A stretch of DNA of 57,580 bases. Origin: Nitrospirota bacterium (GTDB lineage Bacteria > Nitrospirota > Thermodesulfovibrionia > UBA6902). Below, one piece after another: positions 37,467 through 45,992 of the stretch; positions within the stretch are counted from its first letter, which is position 1, and each line of letters starts with the position of its first letter. The stretch spans positions 1 to 57,580 of the forward strand of contig JACQXG010000004.1 in the NCBI GenBank assembly GCA_016208905.1, written 5' to 3'. The notes below the pieces were generated by a model. That model ran no database searches, was not told the DNA's origin, and saw nothing but the letters and a program-made list of their open reading frames with translations. The translations under genes and the position numbers were made by a program.

Positions 37467-38682
37467 AGACATCCCGAACTCACAATCGCTGGAAGTATAC
37501 ACAGGCAGAGGAGGCTATAATGCACTGAGAAAGGCGCTCTCTTTACCTCAGGATGATGTTATTTCAATGGTCTATGAGTCAGGGCTTAGAGGAAGAGGGG
37601 GGGCAGGTTTTCCTGCGGGCGCCAAGTGGAGGATGCTGACAAAATACAGGGTCAAGACAGTATATCTGATCTGTAATGCTGATGAAGGAGAGCCGGGCAC
37701 ATTCAAAGACAGATTTATCATGGAATTTGACCCGCATCTATTGTTGGAAGGAATGCTCATTACTGCCTATGCAACTGGCGCGCACCATGGTTTTATCTAT
37801 ATCCGGGGGGAATATGACTGGATAGCAAAGATCCTTGTGAAGGCAATTGATGAGGCACAGGCACATGGATTTATCGGCAACAATATTCTGGGCTCAAGCT
37901 TTTCTTTTTTTGTTGACGTGTTCAGGGGAGCTGGCTCTTATGTCTGCGGTGAAGAGACCGCACTTATTGAGTCGCTTGAAGGGAAGGCTGGAAGGCCGAG
38001 ACTGAAGCCGCCTTTCCCTGCGGCATCAGGACTGTATGGTGATCCGACATTGATCCATAATGTCACAACCCTTTCGTATATACCTTTTATAATTGGAAAC
38101 GGTCCTGACGCGTTCAAGTCCGCCGGGAAAGCGGGAAGCGGTGGGACCCATATCTTTGGGATCAGCGGGCATGTCAACAAACCCGGCATATATGAATACC
38201 CAATGGGTACGACATTGAGAGAATTGATCTATGAGGCTGCAGGCGGAATCAGGGGAGGAAAGCATTTGAAGGCCGTGGTTCCCGGAGGCATGTCGGCCCC
38301 AATTCTCAAAGCAGATGAAATCGATGTCAGCATGGATTATCAGGCGCTCAATGCTATTGGCACAATGCTTGGCTCCGGAGGTATTGTTGTCCTTGATGAG
38401 GATACTTCCATTCCGATGATAGCTCAAAAGACCGCAAAATTTTATGCCCATGAATCATGCGGCCAGTGCGCTCCCTGCAGGGAAGGTACCAATATGATCA
38501 AATATTTGATAGATAAAATAATTGCAGGTGAGGGGACCGCAAAAGATATTGAACAGATACTCAGGTTGTGCCGATACATAAGAGGCTCAACGATTTGTGC
38601 ATTTGGAATTGCCGCAACCCTCCCGATAGCAGCAATGATTAAAAAATTCAGGAATGAATTTGAAGCGCTACTCCGTGATTGA
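37441..38682 (+). CDS. NuoF-like FMN/NADH-binding subunit (FdsB-like)
   Basis: SGLRGRGGAGFPAG, CNADEGEPGTFKDR, GAGSYVCGEETAL, HESCGQCAPCREG, TICAFG. Confidence 0.93.
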   Translation: MSKILLRNKDIPNSQSLEVYTGRGGYNALRKALSLPQDDVISMVYESGLRGRGGAGFPAGAKWRMLTKYRVKTVYLICNADEGEPGTFKDRFIMEFDPHLLLEGMLITAYATGAHHGFIYIRGEYDWIAKILVKAIDEAQAHGFIGNNILGSSFSFFVDVFRGAGSYVCGEETALIESLEGKAGRPRLKPPFPAASGLYGDPTLIHNVTTLSYIPFIIGNGPDAFKSAGKAGSGGTHIFGISGHVNKPGIYEYPMGTTLRELIYEAAGGIRGGKHLKAVVPGGMSAPILKADEIDVSMDYQALNAIGTMLGSGGIVVLDEDTSIPMIAQKTAKFYAHESCGQCAPCREGTNMIKYLIDKIIAGEGTAKDIEQILRLCRYIRGSTICAFGIAATLPIAAMIKKFRNEFEALLRD

Positions 38683-38709
38683 TCAGTTCAGCGATTCACA
38701 CTCTCGTCA

Positions 38710-38985
38710 TTACTTCATAAAAAACCACGGCAGTCCGCTGGAGCCGTCGGGATGTCCGATTGAAGGATATAATTTATTTTCTTTAATTTTAAACCACGGG
38801 CTTCCGCTCATACCCGAAGGATGGCTGTGTGAAGGGTATACTTTGTTCCCTTTTATAATAAACAATGGTGTGCTTTTTGTTACTTCCGGATTTCCATAAC
38901 TGGAATAAATTATTCTATTCTCAATACGGAACCAGGGTGCCTTATTTCCTGTATTGGGATGTCCATATGCCGTATAAAGTTTCAT
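38710..38985 (-). CDS. Small repeat protein (91 aa), four ~23-24 aa Y..GHP......PWF units
   Basis: AGAGG SD before ATG 38985; clear internal amino-acid repeats; sigma54 promoter upstream. Confidence 0.72.
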   Translation of the reverse strand: MKLYTAYGHPNTGNKAPWFRIENRIIYSSYGNPEVTKSTPLFIIKGNKVYPSHSHPSGMSGSPWFKIKENKLYPSIGHPDGSSGLPWFFMK

Positions 38986-39209
38986 ATTCACTGTACCTCT
39001 CAGCATATTAAGCGCCATTGGTCTTAATATGTTTGGCTAAATAATTTATTTTTTTTACATGCTGACTGAAATTACAAGAAGCTTTATATATTACAAATGC
39101 ACTGTATGCAAAGGAGACTAGAATTAACAGAATAACTGCAACACAAACCTTAGATATAATTGAAATCATATGTAAACCTCAGATTGTATTTATTCTATAT
39201 GCGCATCAA

Positions 39210-39243
39210 AGCAAATATGGTGCCATCTACTAACTATTTGTTT
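39210..39243 (-). promoter_or_regulatory. Sigma-54 promoter with adjacent IHF-like site
   Basis: Minus strand TGGCAC-CATAT-TTGCT at 39225-39210 (consensus match); TAACTATTTGTTT at 39231-39243 is one mismatch from YAANNNNTTGATW. Confidence 0.78.
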
Positions 39244-39345
39244 TTTTGACATTTCTATATCTCATCATCACGTGCCTTGCACAATTTAACTGACACATAT
39301 GTGTGACATGAGACATTTGGGCAAAGGGGAGTAGTAAAATAAGTG

Positions 39346-39993
39346 TTATTGAATCAAAGGAGGATTAATCATGCCTGGATCTTCTCTATTATCCTCTATG
39401 ATGACCTTTCGGCCGTTAACTGAAATTTTTCCTTCTGAATAAAGCCTGATCGCGTAGGGAAAGATTTTGTGTTCCTGTTTGAGGATTCTTTCTGATAAGG
39501 TTTCTTCTGTATCATCGTGATACGCGGGCACTGCCGCCTGAATTATTATGGGACCGGTATCCATGCCTTCATCGACGAAATGAACAGTGCAGCCTGATAT
39601 CTTTACTCCGTACTCGGCAGCCTGTTTCTGCCCGTGAAGGCCGGGGAAGGCAGGCAGAAGGGCCGGGTGGATGTTCATTATTCTGTTCCGGTACTTATCT
39701 ATAAGCGCTTTCCCGACAACTCTCATAAAACCGGCCAATATAACGAGCTCAACATTTCTTTTCTTAAGCTCCTCAGCAATATGTGAGTAATATAAATCCC
39801 TGTCAGAGAAATCACGCGGTTTTATTACAAGCGCTTCTATATTATGCTTATTGGCCCTTTCAATTGCATATGACTCCGGATTGTCTGTTATTAAAAGAGC
39901 AATTTTTGCATTTAAGACCCCTGATTCAATGCTGTCGATGATTGACTGGAAATTTGAACCTCTGCCGGAGGCCAGGACACCGAGAGTAAGCAT
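39346..39993 (-). CDS. purN: Phosphoribosylglycinamide formyltransferase
   Basis: VLASGRGSNFQ, LAGFMRV, NIHPALLPAFPGLH, GCTVHFVDEGMDTGPII, EH. Confidence 0.97.
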   Translation of the reverse strand: MLTLGVLASGRGSNFQSIIDSIESGVLNAKIALLITDNPESYAIERANKHNIEALVIKPRDFSDRDLYYSHIAEELKKRNVELVILAGFMRVVGKALIDKYRNRIMNIHPALLPAFPGLHGQKQAAEYGVKISGCTVHFVDEGMDTGPIIIQAAVPAYHDDTEETLSERILKQEHKIFPYAIRLYSEGKISVNGRKVIIEDNREDPGMINPPLIQ

Positions 39994-40258
39994 GGGTAAT
40001 TATAAACAAAACAAATAAAATACGTCTACCATACAGGGCTCGCATCCTCGGCAGACTTCTCAAATACCCTTTCGTCTTTCTCATACTTCCCTCTTTTTGA
40101 ATTTTTTAGTGACAAACGCCACAGGGAAGTTTATAATTTCTTATCAGGGGACGGGCTGAGAGTTTCTTATCTGCCAATATTTATTCGACAATTTATTAAC
40201 TGTTTGTTTAATCTATATACTTCACCCGTGAATTAAATAAAAAGGAGTCATTTACTGA

Positions 40259-41176
40259 ATGAAATATACAAAAAAAACATCTCCAACGACTATTAATAAC
40301 AACTTATATCATACAATTGGCTCACTTCTTATTGTTATGAACAAAGTCCGGCACATGCTGTTAGGTTATAAGACCCCGCGAACATTTCCTGTAACTCATA
40401 TTAAACAAACTGTAGACTACGATTTAAAAATAGTCGATCGTTGGATTAATTATGTCCGCAATTATTCAGGGGACACAACACCTGTGAAAGATAAGGTCGT
40501 TTTGGAACTTGGTGTAGGGCCGGATTTGGGAACAGGATTAATTTTATTGGCAATGGGAGCAAAAAAATATTTCGCATTAGATGTCCATAACTTAGCGAGT
40601 TTTGCCCCAAAGGAATTTTATAAAAGCCTTTTTCAGAGATTGAGAAAAGATTACGATTATAATGTTGATTTTGCTGAAGAACAATTAGAAAAATTTCAGA
40701 AAGGAGAGGACAGCGGTCTATGTTATGTGGTTGATAAGAATTTTAATATCTCGGATATTCCGGAAGAAGTTGATATTATAATTACGCAAGTAGCATTTGA
40801 GCATTTCGACGATGTAGAAAACGCAATTAAAGAAATGAGCATTAAAATAAAAAAAGGCGGAATTTTATTTTCCCATATAGACATGAATACTCATACGAGG
40901 TGGATTAAGGATAAAGACCCTCTGAATATATATCGATATAATGACCTATTCTGGAATATGTTTAAGTTTAAAGGATCTCCAAACAGGGTACGCATTCCAC
41001 AATATGTAAACTATCTCGAAGGAAATAACTGGTCCAATATTGTAATCGAACCGAGAACGGTATTAGAAGAAGAATATGTGGAAAAAGTACTCCCTACTCT
41101 TAGTAAAAAGTTTCGTGATCTGAATGTTTCAGAGATGAAAAAACTAAGTTTTATACTGATGTCAAAAAAAGATTAA
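40259..41176 (+). CDS. Class I SAM-dependent methyltransferase, AT-rich
   Basis: VLELGVGPDLG, DIIITQVAFEHF, KKGGILFSHID, PNRVR; AAGGAG SD. Confidence 0.78.
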   Translation: MKYTKKTSPTTINNNLYHTIGSLLIVMNKVRHMLLGYKTPRTFPVTHIKQTVDYDLKIVDRWINYVRNYSGDTTPVKDKVVLELGVGPDLGTGLILLAMGAKKYFALDVHNLASFAPKEFYKSLFQRLRKDYDYNVDFAEEQLEKFQKGEDSGLCYVVDKNFNISDIPEEVDIIITQVAFEHFDDVENAIKEMSIKIKKGGILFSHIDMNTHTRWIKDKDPLNIYRYNDLFWNMFKFKGSPNRVRIPQYVNYLEGNNWSNIVIEPRTVLEEEYVEKVLPTLSKKFRDLNVSEMKKLSFILMSKKD

Positions 41177-41381
41177 AAAGTGCGAAGTCATATTCGTACC
41201 GGGCGACTATATCTTGTTAAAAGTGACTTATTGGATTGCACATAACCGGATTGGAGATGAACAAAGCGCATATGTTTTTGATTTATAAAAAAATTGCATC
41301 ATGATTTTTTATCATGTATTATATTAATTGTTTGCCAACCAAATTGTTTTGTGATATATAAATTATAGAGAGGAAGCGTTT

Positions 41382-41771
41382 ATGGATACACAGTTTTTCT
41401 GGGGAATTATCGCAGGCGCATTAATTGTATTAGTGGCATATTTAATCCCCGTCATTACGCAGATAAAAAGGACTGCAAAAGCTGCTGAGGATTTCCTCTG
41501 GACTACCCAGGAATCGCTGGACCCTCTTTTGAAAAGGCTTCAGAAAACAGTGGAGAAGACAAATCAGATTGCAGATAAACTGGATGAATCAATCAGTAAT
41601 GTCCAGCATCTGACAAAGTCGGTGGGAGAGACAGGGGCGATTATCGATGACATAAACCAGTTGATAAGACAGATTGCTGCATCCATATCGGTTATGACAT
41701 CGAATTTTGGAGTTGGGATAAAAACTGCCCTGAGCGTCTTGACGCAGGGGCTTATTAAAAAAGGAGGCTAA
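41382..41771 (+). CDS. DUF948 (YoxC-like) membrane-anchored coiled-coil protein
   Basis: N-terminal TM, LIPVITQIKRTAK, long heptad helix; directly upstream of a YtxH gene. Confidence 0.8.
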   Translation: MDTQFFWGIIAGALIVLVAYLIPVITQIKRTAKAAEDFLWTTQESLDPLLKRLQKTVEKTNQIADKLDESISNVQHLTKSVGETGAIIDDINQLIRQIAASISVMTSNFGVGIKTALSVLTQGLIKKGG

Positions 41772-41773
41772 AA

Positions 41774-42091
41774 ATGAGTGAAGAAAGAGGATGTTCAGTA
41801 ACAGGCCATGTTGTTCTTGCTTTTGTTTTAGGCGGCATTGTGGGCGCCGGTATCGCATTGCTTACTGCTCCGCGGTCGGGGAGAGAGACGAGAGAGAAGA
41901 TAAAGGAATTTGCTGATGAAACCTCAAAGAAGGTTTCAGAATATGCCGGGGAGGTAAAAGATAAATTTTCATCTGCTGTAGAGCATGGCAAAGAATTTGT
42001 AACAGAGAAAAAGTCATTGATTTCCAGTGCCATTGACGCCGGTAAGGAAGCATACGGCAAAGAGAAGGAAAAACACTCTAAACCTTCTTAG
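41774..42091 (+). CDS. YtxH domain protein
   Basis: AFVLGGIVGAGIALLTAPRSGRETREKI; AAGGAGG SD. Confidence 0.9.
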   Translation: MSEERGCSVTGHVVLAFVLGGIVGAGIALLTAPRSGRETREKIKEFADETSKKVSEYAGEVKDKFSSAVEHGKEFVTEKKSLISSAIDAGKEAYGKEKEKHSKPS

Positions 42092-42124
42092 CCTGAATAA
42101 TGCAGAGATTATCCGTTTCCTTGA

Positions 42125-43102
42125 CTAAGGCTTCCAGAGGTACAGAAATTCCACTCCGGAAAAGGGAGTGGAACTGTCTGAATGATTATTGAGAAGCCCC
42201 ATTAATGAGGGGCTGTTTGCCGGGTATGCTGAATAAATAGTAACCGGGTACTCTCCGGAACGATAATACGTAATGATTTGAGCATGTTCTATGCCGAGAG
42301 ATTTCTTCATTCTCTCTATAGCATCGTCCAAATAGCCGATATGGTCAATCAGCTTTGAATCCAGTGCCTGATCTGCAGTATATATGCGTCCATCGGAAAG
42401 GACCTCTATTTCTTTTCTGGACAATAAATCTTTTCTATTTTCAAATACCGCATCTATAAAACGGGACTGTAAACTATCGATAATTGATTGAAGGATTTTT
42501 TTCTCTTCAGGGGTATTTGCCCTGAAGGGCGAAAAGAGGTCTTTTTTGTCCCCGGACTTAACGGTCTCATCTTCCACGCCGATTTTTGTCAGAAGTCCCT
42601 CGATATTAAACTTCATGGCGATTACGCCGATGCTGCCGGTGATGGCGCTGGGATGTGAGCTGATCTCGTCAGCGGCAGCTGCTATATAATATCCGCCGGA
42701 AGTGCCGGTCCCCATTATGCAGGCATGCACCGGAACACGCGTCTTTTTCTTGAAATTCATTAACTCGTGATAGATAATGTCTGATGCCGTAACAGTCCCG
42801 CCCGGAGAATTTATTTTTACAATAACACCCCAAATATTTTTGTCTTTTTCAGCTTTCTGGAGGGCCTCTTTTACATGCGCAACAAGCGAAGGCTCTTTCA
42901 CCAGGCTTAAAGCTCCTCCCCTCTCATTTTCGGATATAAATCCCGAAACATCAAGCAGGAGTATCTTCGGGCGTCCTTCACCTTCTATTATATATTCCTG
43001 TAATGGTGAGGGTGGCGGCACAAGTGACATATTTACAAATGCGCACCCTCCCAGAAAAAAGAAAAGAATCGAAATTGACCATTTCATATATCTGTTAAGC
43101 AT
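42125..43102 (-). CDS. sppA: Signal peptide peptidase SppA (S49), lipoprotein-type short form
   Basis: LGGC lipobox; INSPGGTVTASD, TSGGYYIA, TGSIGV, KSGDKKD, DGRIYTADQA. Confidence 0.92.
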   Translation of the reverse strand: MLNRYMKWSISILFFFLGGCAFVNMSLVPPPSPLQEYIIEGEGRPKILLLDVSGFISENERGGALSLVKEPSLVAHVKEALQKAEKDKNIWGVIVKINSPGGTVTASDIIYHELMNFKKKTRVPVHACIMGTGTSGGYYIAAAADEISSHPSAITGSIGVIAMKFNIEGLLTKIGVEDETVKSGDKKDLFSPFRANTPEEKKILQSIIDSLQSRFIDAVFENRKDLLSRKEIEVLSDGRIYTADQALDSKLIDHIGYLDDAIERMKKSLGIEHAQIITYYRSGEYPVTIYSAYPANSPSLMGLLNNHSDSSTPFSGVEFLYLWKP

Positions 43103-43112
43103 ACCTGATATC

Positions 43113-44288
43113 CTACCTCATAACCTGGTTCATCTCAAATATCGGCAGGAGGACTGCCACTACAATAAATCCGACCACCAGGCCCATTACTAAAATCAAT
43201 ACCGGTTCAAGAAGGCTTATCACTCTCTGAAGCTTTCTATCAAACTCTGATTCATAAGATGCAGCTGTTTTCTGTAACACCTCCGGCAGTTTTCCAGTTT
43301 GCTCTCCGGTAGATATTATCTGTAAAAGAGTGGGAGGAAATCCTTTAAGACTTGTTGAAAGTTTTGCACCCTGAGATACCAGGTTCTGGGCAGACATGAT
43401 TTTGTTTTCCAGGACAACGTTGCCTGTGACCTTGGAGGTCAACTGCATGGCCTTTAATATCGGCAGCCCTCCGGAGAGGAGAAAACCCATTGTCATTGAA
43501 AACCGCAGCATGTAGAGTCCCATTAAAATACCGGAAGGGTCTTTCAGCAGTATTGAATCAATTAAGACCTTTTTTGTCCGTTTAATTTTATTGAATGAAA
43601 TCACAGCGCCTGCAGCCAGGGCCAGCAGCAGCCACCAGAAATTCTTTAACGCCGTACTGATCCAGATGAGCACCAGGGTAATAAAGGGCAGGGTGGCTGC
43701 GGTTTCCTCGAATATTTTTGTTATCTTGGGAATAACGAAGGTAAACAGAAAAGCCACAATGGCTATGCTGACGCAGGCCATGAACGCCGGATATATGAGG
43801 GCTGTTTTGATTTTATTTTTAATATTGATTTCGCTTTCAAGAAAATCAGCGAGTTTAATAAGGACGTCCGGAAGTCTGCCGCTGCTTTCTCCGGCCGCGA
43901 TCATGCCTGTATAAAAATCCGGGAATATTGAAGGATGGGCCTGCATTGCGCGCGCGAATGATGAACCTCCGGCAAGCCTGTCCTTAAGGTCTGTCAATAT
44001 ATTTCTCCACTCACCCTTTTGCTCTGAAGATAACGCGCTCAGGGTATCTATCAAAGTGACCCCGGAGGAAAGCAGGATTGAAAGTCTTCTTGTTATGCCG
44101 GCGAGCGCTGACGGAGAGAATTTATTGAATAAGGATTTTTTCCCTGAAAGGCCCTCTTCTGTGATATCTTTCGGAAAGATGCCTTTTGATTTTATTTTTA
44201 AGGCGGCATCTTTCTGTCCGTCGGCTTCGATTACTCCTTCGGCTGCAGACCCTTTCCTGTCATATCCATGATATTTGAAAACAGGCAT
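43113..44288 (-). CDS. gspF: Type II secretion inner membrane platform protein
   Basis: MPVFKYHG, TRRLSILLSSG, AGESSGRL, ALIYP, GEQTGKL, LLEPVLIL...AVLLPI. Confidence 0.92.
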   Translation of the reverse strand: MPVFKYHGYDRKGSAAEGVIEADGQKDAALKIKSKGIFPKDITEEGLSGKKSLFNKFSPSALAGITRRLSILLSSGVTLIDTLSALSSEQKGEWRNILTDLKDRLAGGSSFARAMQAHPSIFPDFYTGMIAAGESSGRLPDVLIKLADFLESEINIKNKIKTALIYPAFMACVSIAIVAFLFTFVIPKITKIFEETAATLPFITLVLIWISTALKNFWWLLLALAAGAVISFNKIKRTKKVLIDSILLKDPSGILMGLYMLRFSMTMGFLLSGGLPILKAMQLTSKVTGNVVLENKIMSAQNLVSQGAKLSTSLKGFPPTLLQIISTGEQTGKLPEVLQKTAASYESEFDRKLQRVISLLEPVLILVMGLVVGFIVVAVLLPIFEMNQVMR

Positions 44289-44291
44289 ATC

Positions 44292-45809
44292 TCATCCTTC
44301 CACGTCCCGTAACGTGACCCTTATGACTTCTTCTATTGTAGTAATGCCCTTTAGAATTTTATCGATTGCATTTTTTTGAAGGGACTTAAAACCGGCCCTG
44401 ACGGCTATGGCTTTTATTGCCTGTGCATCTTTTCTTTCAGCAATCGCTGTCCTTACCTCCGGAGTAATCTCCAGCAGTTCGTAGATTCCCGTCCTGCCGA
44501 GGTATCCCTTACCCATGCATTTATCACAACCTTTCCCTTGATAAAGCCTGGACGGCGGAGGGTCAAGATCGAGATAAGACAATTCCTGCTTTGTCGGTGT
44601 ATATGGTTCCCTGCAGTGCGGACAGATCACTCTTACAAGCCTCTGTGCAAGGATGCATACAAGTGATGATGCCACGAGGAACGGCTCTATTCCCATGTCA
44701 ATAAGTCTTGTTGTGGCGCTTGGAGCGTCATTCGTATGAAGTGTGCTGAGAACCAGATGTCCGGTAAGCGATGCATGCACGGCAATCTCCGCAGTCTCAA
44801 GGTCTCTTATTTCACCGACCATCATGATGTCCGGGTCCTGTCGTAAGATTGATCTCAGTCCTGCCGCAAACGTAAGACCTATTTTGGGATTTATATGCAT
44901 TTGTCCTATGCCGGCGAGCTGATACTCGACAGGGTCTTCAACTGTGATGATATTTCTGTCTTCGGTGTTAAGCCTGATAAGAGACGCGTAAAGAGTAGTG
45001 GTCTTGCCGGACCCAGTGGGGCCGGTAACAAGTATGATGCCGTTATGTCTTGAAAGCGCGTTTTTCAGCGAAAGCAATAGTGAATCCGCCAGTCCGAGCA
45101 TTTCAAGGCTCAGGACGCCGGACTGCCTGTCGAGCAGTCTCAGGACCGCCCTTTCCCCGATCATTGTAGGTATTATGGACACTCTTATGTCGAAGTTCTT
45201 CCCGCCGACAAGCAGCTGTATTCTGCCGTCCTGAGGGAGTCTTTTCTCAGCAATATCAAGACCCGCGATTATCTTTATCCTTGATATCAGGGCATCGTGA
45301 ATAATTTTGGGAGGGCTCAGGACCTTGCTCAAAATTCCGTCTACCCTGAACCTTACGTCAATGCCTTTTTCGTATGGTTCTATATGTATATCGCTTGCTT
45401 TTTCTTTTACCGCCTCCATAAGGAGGGCATTCAGCAGACGGATAATCGGGGCCTCTTCTGTAAGCTCGAGCAAATCCGTCGGTGATTCAAATTCCGTGGC
45501 TATCATGGAAAGGTCTTCACCTTTAATGTCACCCATTACATCGTTTACACTGCTTGTCTGGCTGTATATGCGGTTGATCGCATCTATAATGAGTTTTGCG
45601 TCAGCCTGGACAGGGTGGGGTTTAAGATTAAGGGCCCTTGCCAGGTCTCTGAGCGCAAAGACCCCGCGGTTGTCTGCAACGGCGCCTATAAGTTCATTGT
45701 CCTGTCTTCTCAGCGGCAGAAAGACATTGCCTTTAGCATAGGTGAGAGATATTTTCTCAAGCAGTGAAAATTCTATGTCATCATCTTTAATATCGTTTAC
45801 GGTTTCCAT
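44292..45809 (-). CDS. gspE: Type II secretion ATPase
   Basis: ASDIHIEP, DIAEKRLPQDGR, TGPTGSGKTTTLY, TVEDPVE, LRQDPD, TGHLVLSTLHTN, CPHC/CDKC. Confidence 0.95.
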   Translation of the reverse strand: METVNDIKDDDIEFSLLEKISLTYAKGNVFLPLRRQDNELIGAVADNRGVFALRDLARALNLKPHPVQADAKLIIDAINRIYSQTSSVNDVMGDIKGEDLSMIATEFESPTDLLELTEEAPIIRLLNALLMEAVKEKASDIHIEPYEKGIDVRFRVDGILSKVLSPPKIIHDALISRIKIIAGLDIAEKRLPQDGRIQLLVGGKNFDIRVSIIPTMIGERAVLRLLDRQSGVLSLEMLGLADSLLLSLKNALSRHNGIILVTGPTGSGKTTTLYASLIRLNTEDRNIITVEDPVEYQLAGIGQMHINPKIGLTFAAGLRSILRQDPDIMMVGEIRDLETAEIAVHASLTGHLVLSTLHTNDAPSATTRLIDMGIEPFLVASSLVCILAQRLVRVICPHCREPYTPTKQELSYLDLDPPPSRLYQGKGCDKCMGKGYLGRTGIYELLEITPEVRTAIAERKDAQAIKAIAVRAGFKSLQKNAIDKILKGITTIEEVIRVTLRDVEG

Positions 45810-45992
45810 ACATGCGGCTCAATACGACTTATTCTGATTTATTGACTCCAAAAATGCATTTAACATAATGCAGATGTTGGAAAATTATTTATTTTTCGAT
45901 TCCTTAAACGCATTTTTAATCAAGGTTAGGATGCATATTTTTATTCAAAGCCTTATGCATAATTTGATAATAAGTCTATCGAGTTAAACAAA

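Noticed and set aside
41300-41316. CATGAT-N5-ATCATG as a third CRP/FNR-like box
   Set aside because: Spacer is 5 nt rather than 4 and the region is very AT-rich.
45700-45809. MshEN c-di-GMP-binding motif in GspE
   Set aside because: No RLGxxL repeat is visible at the N-terminus.
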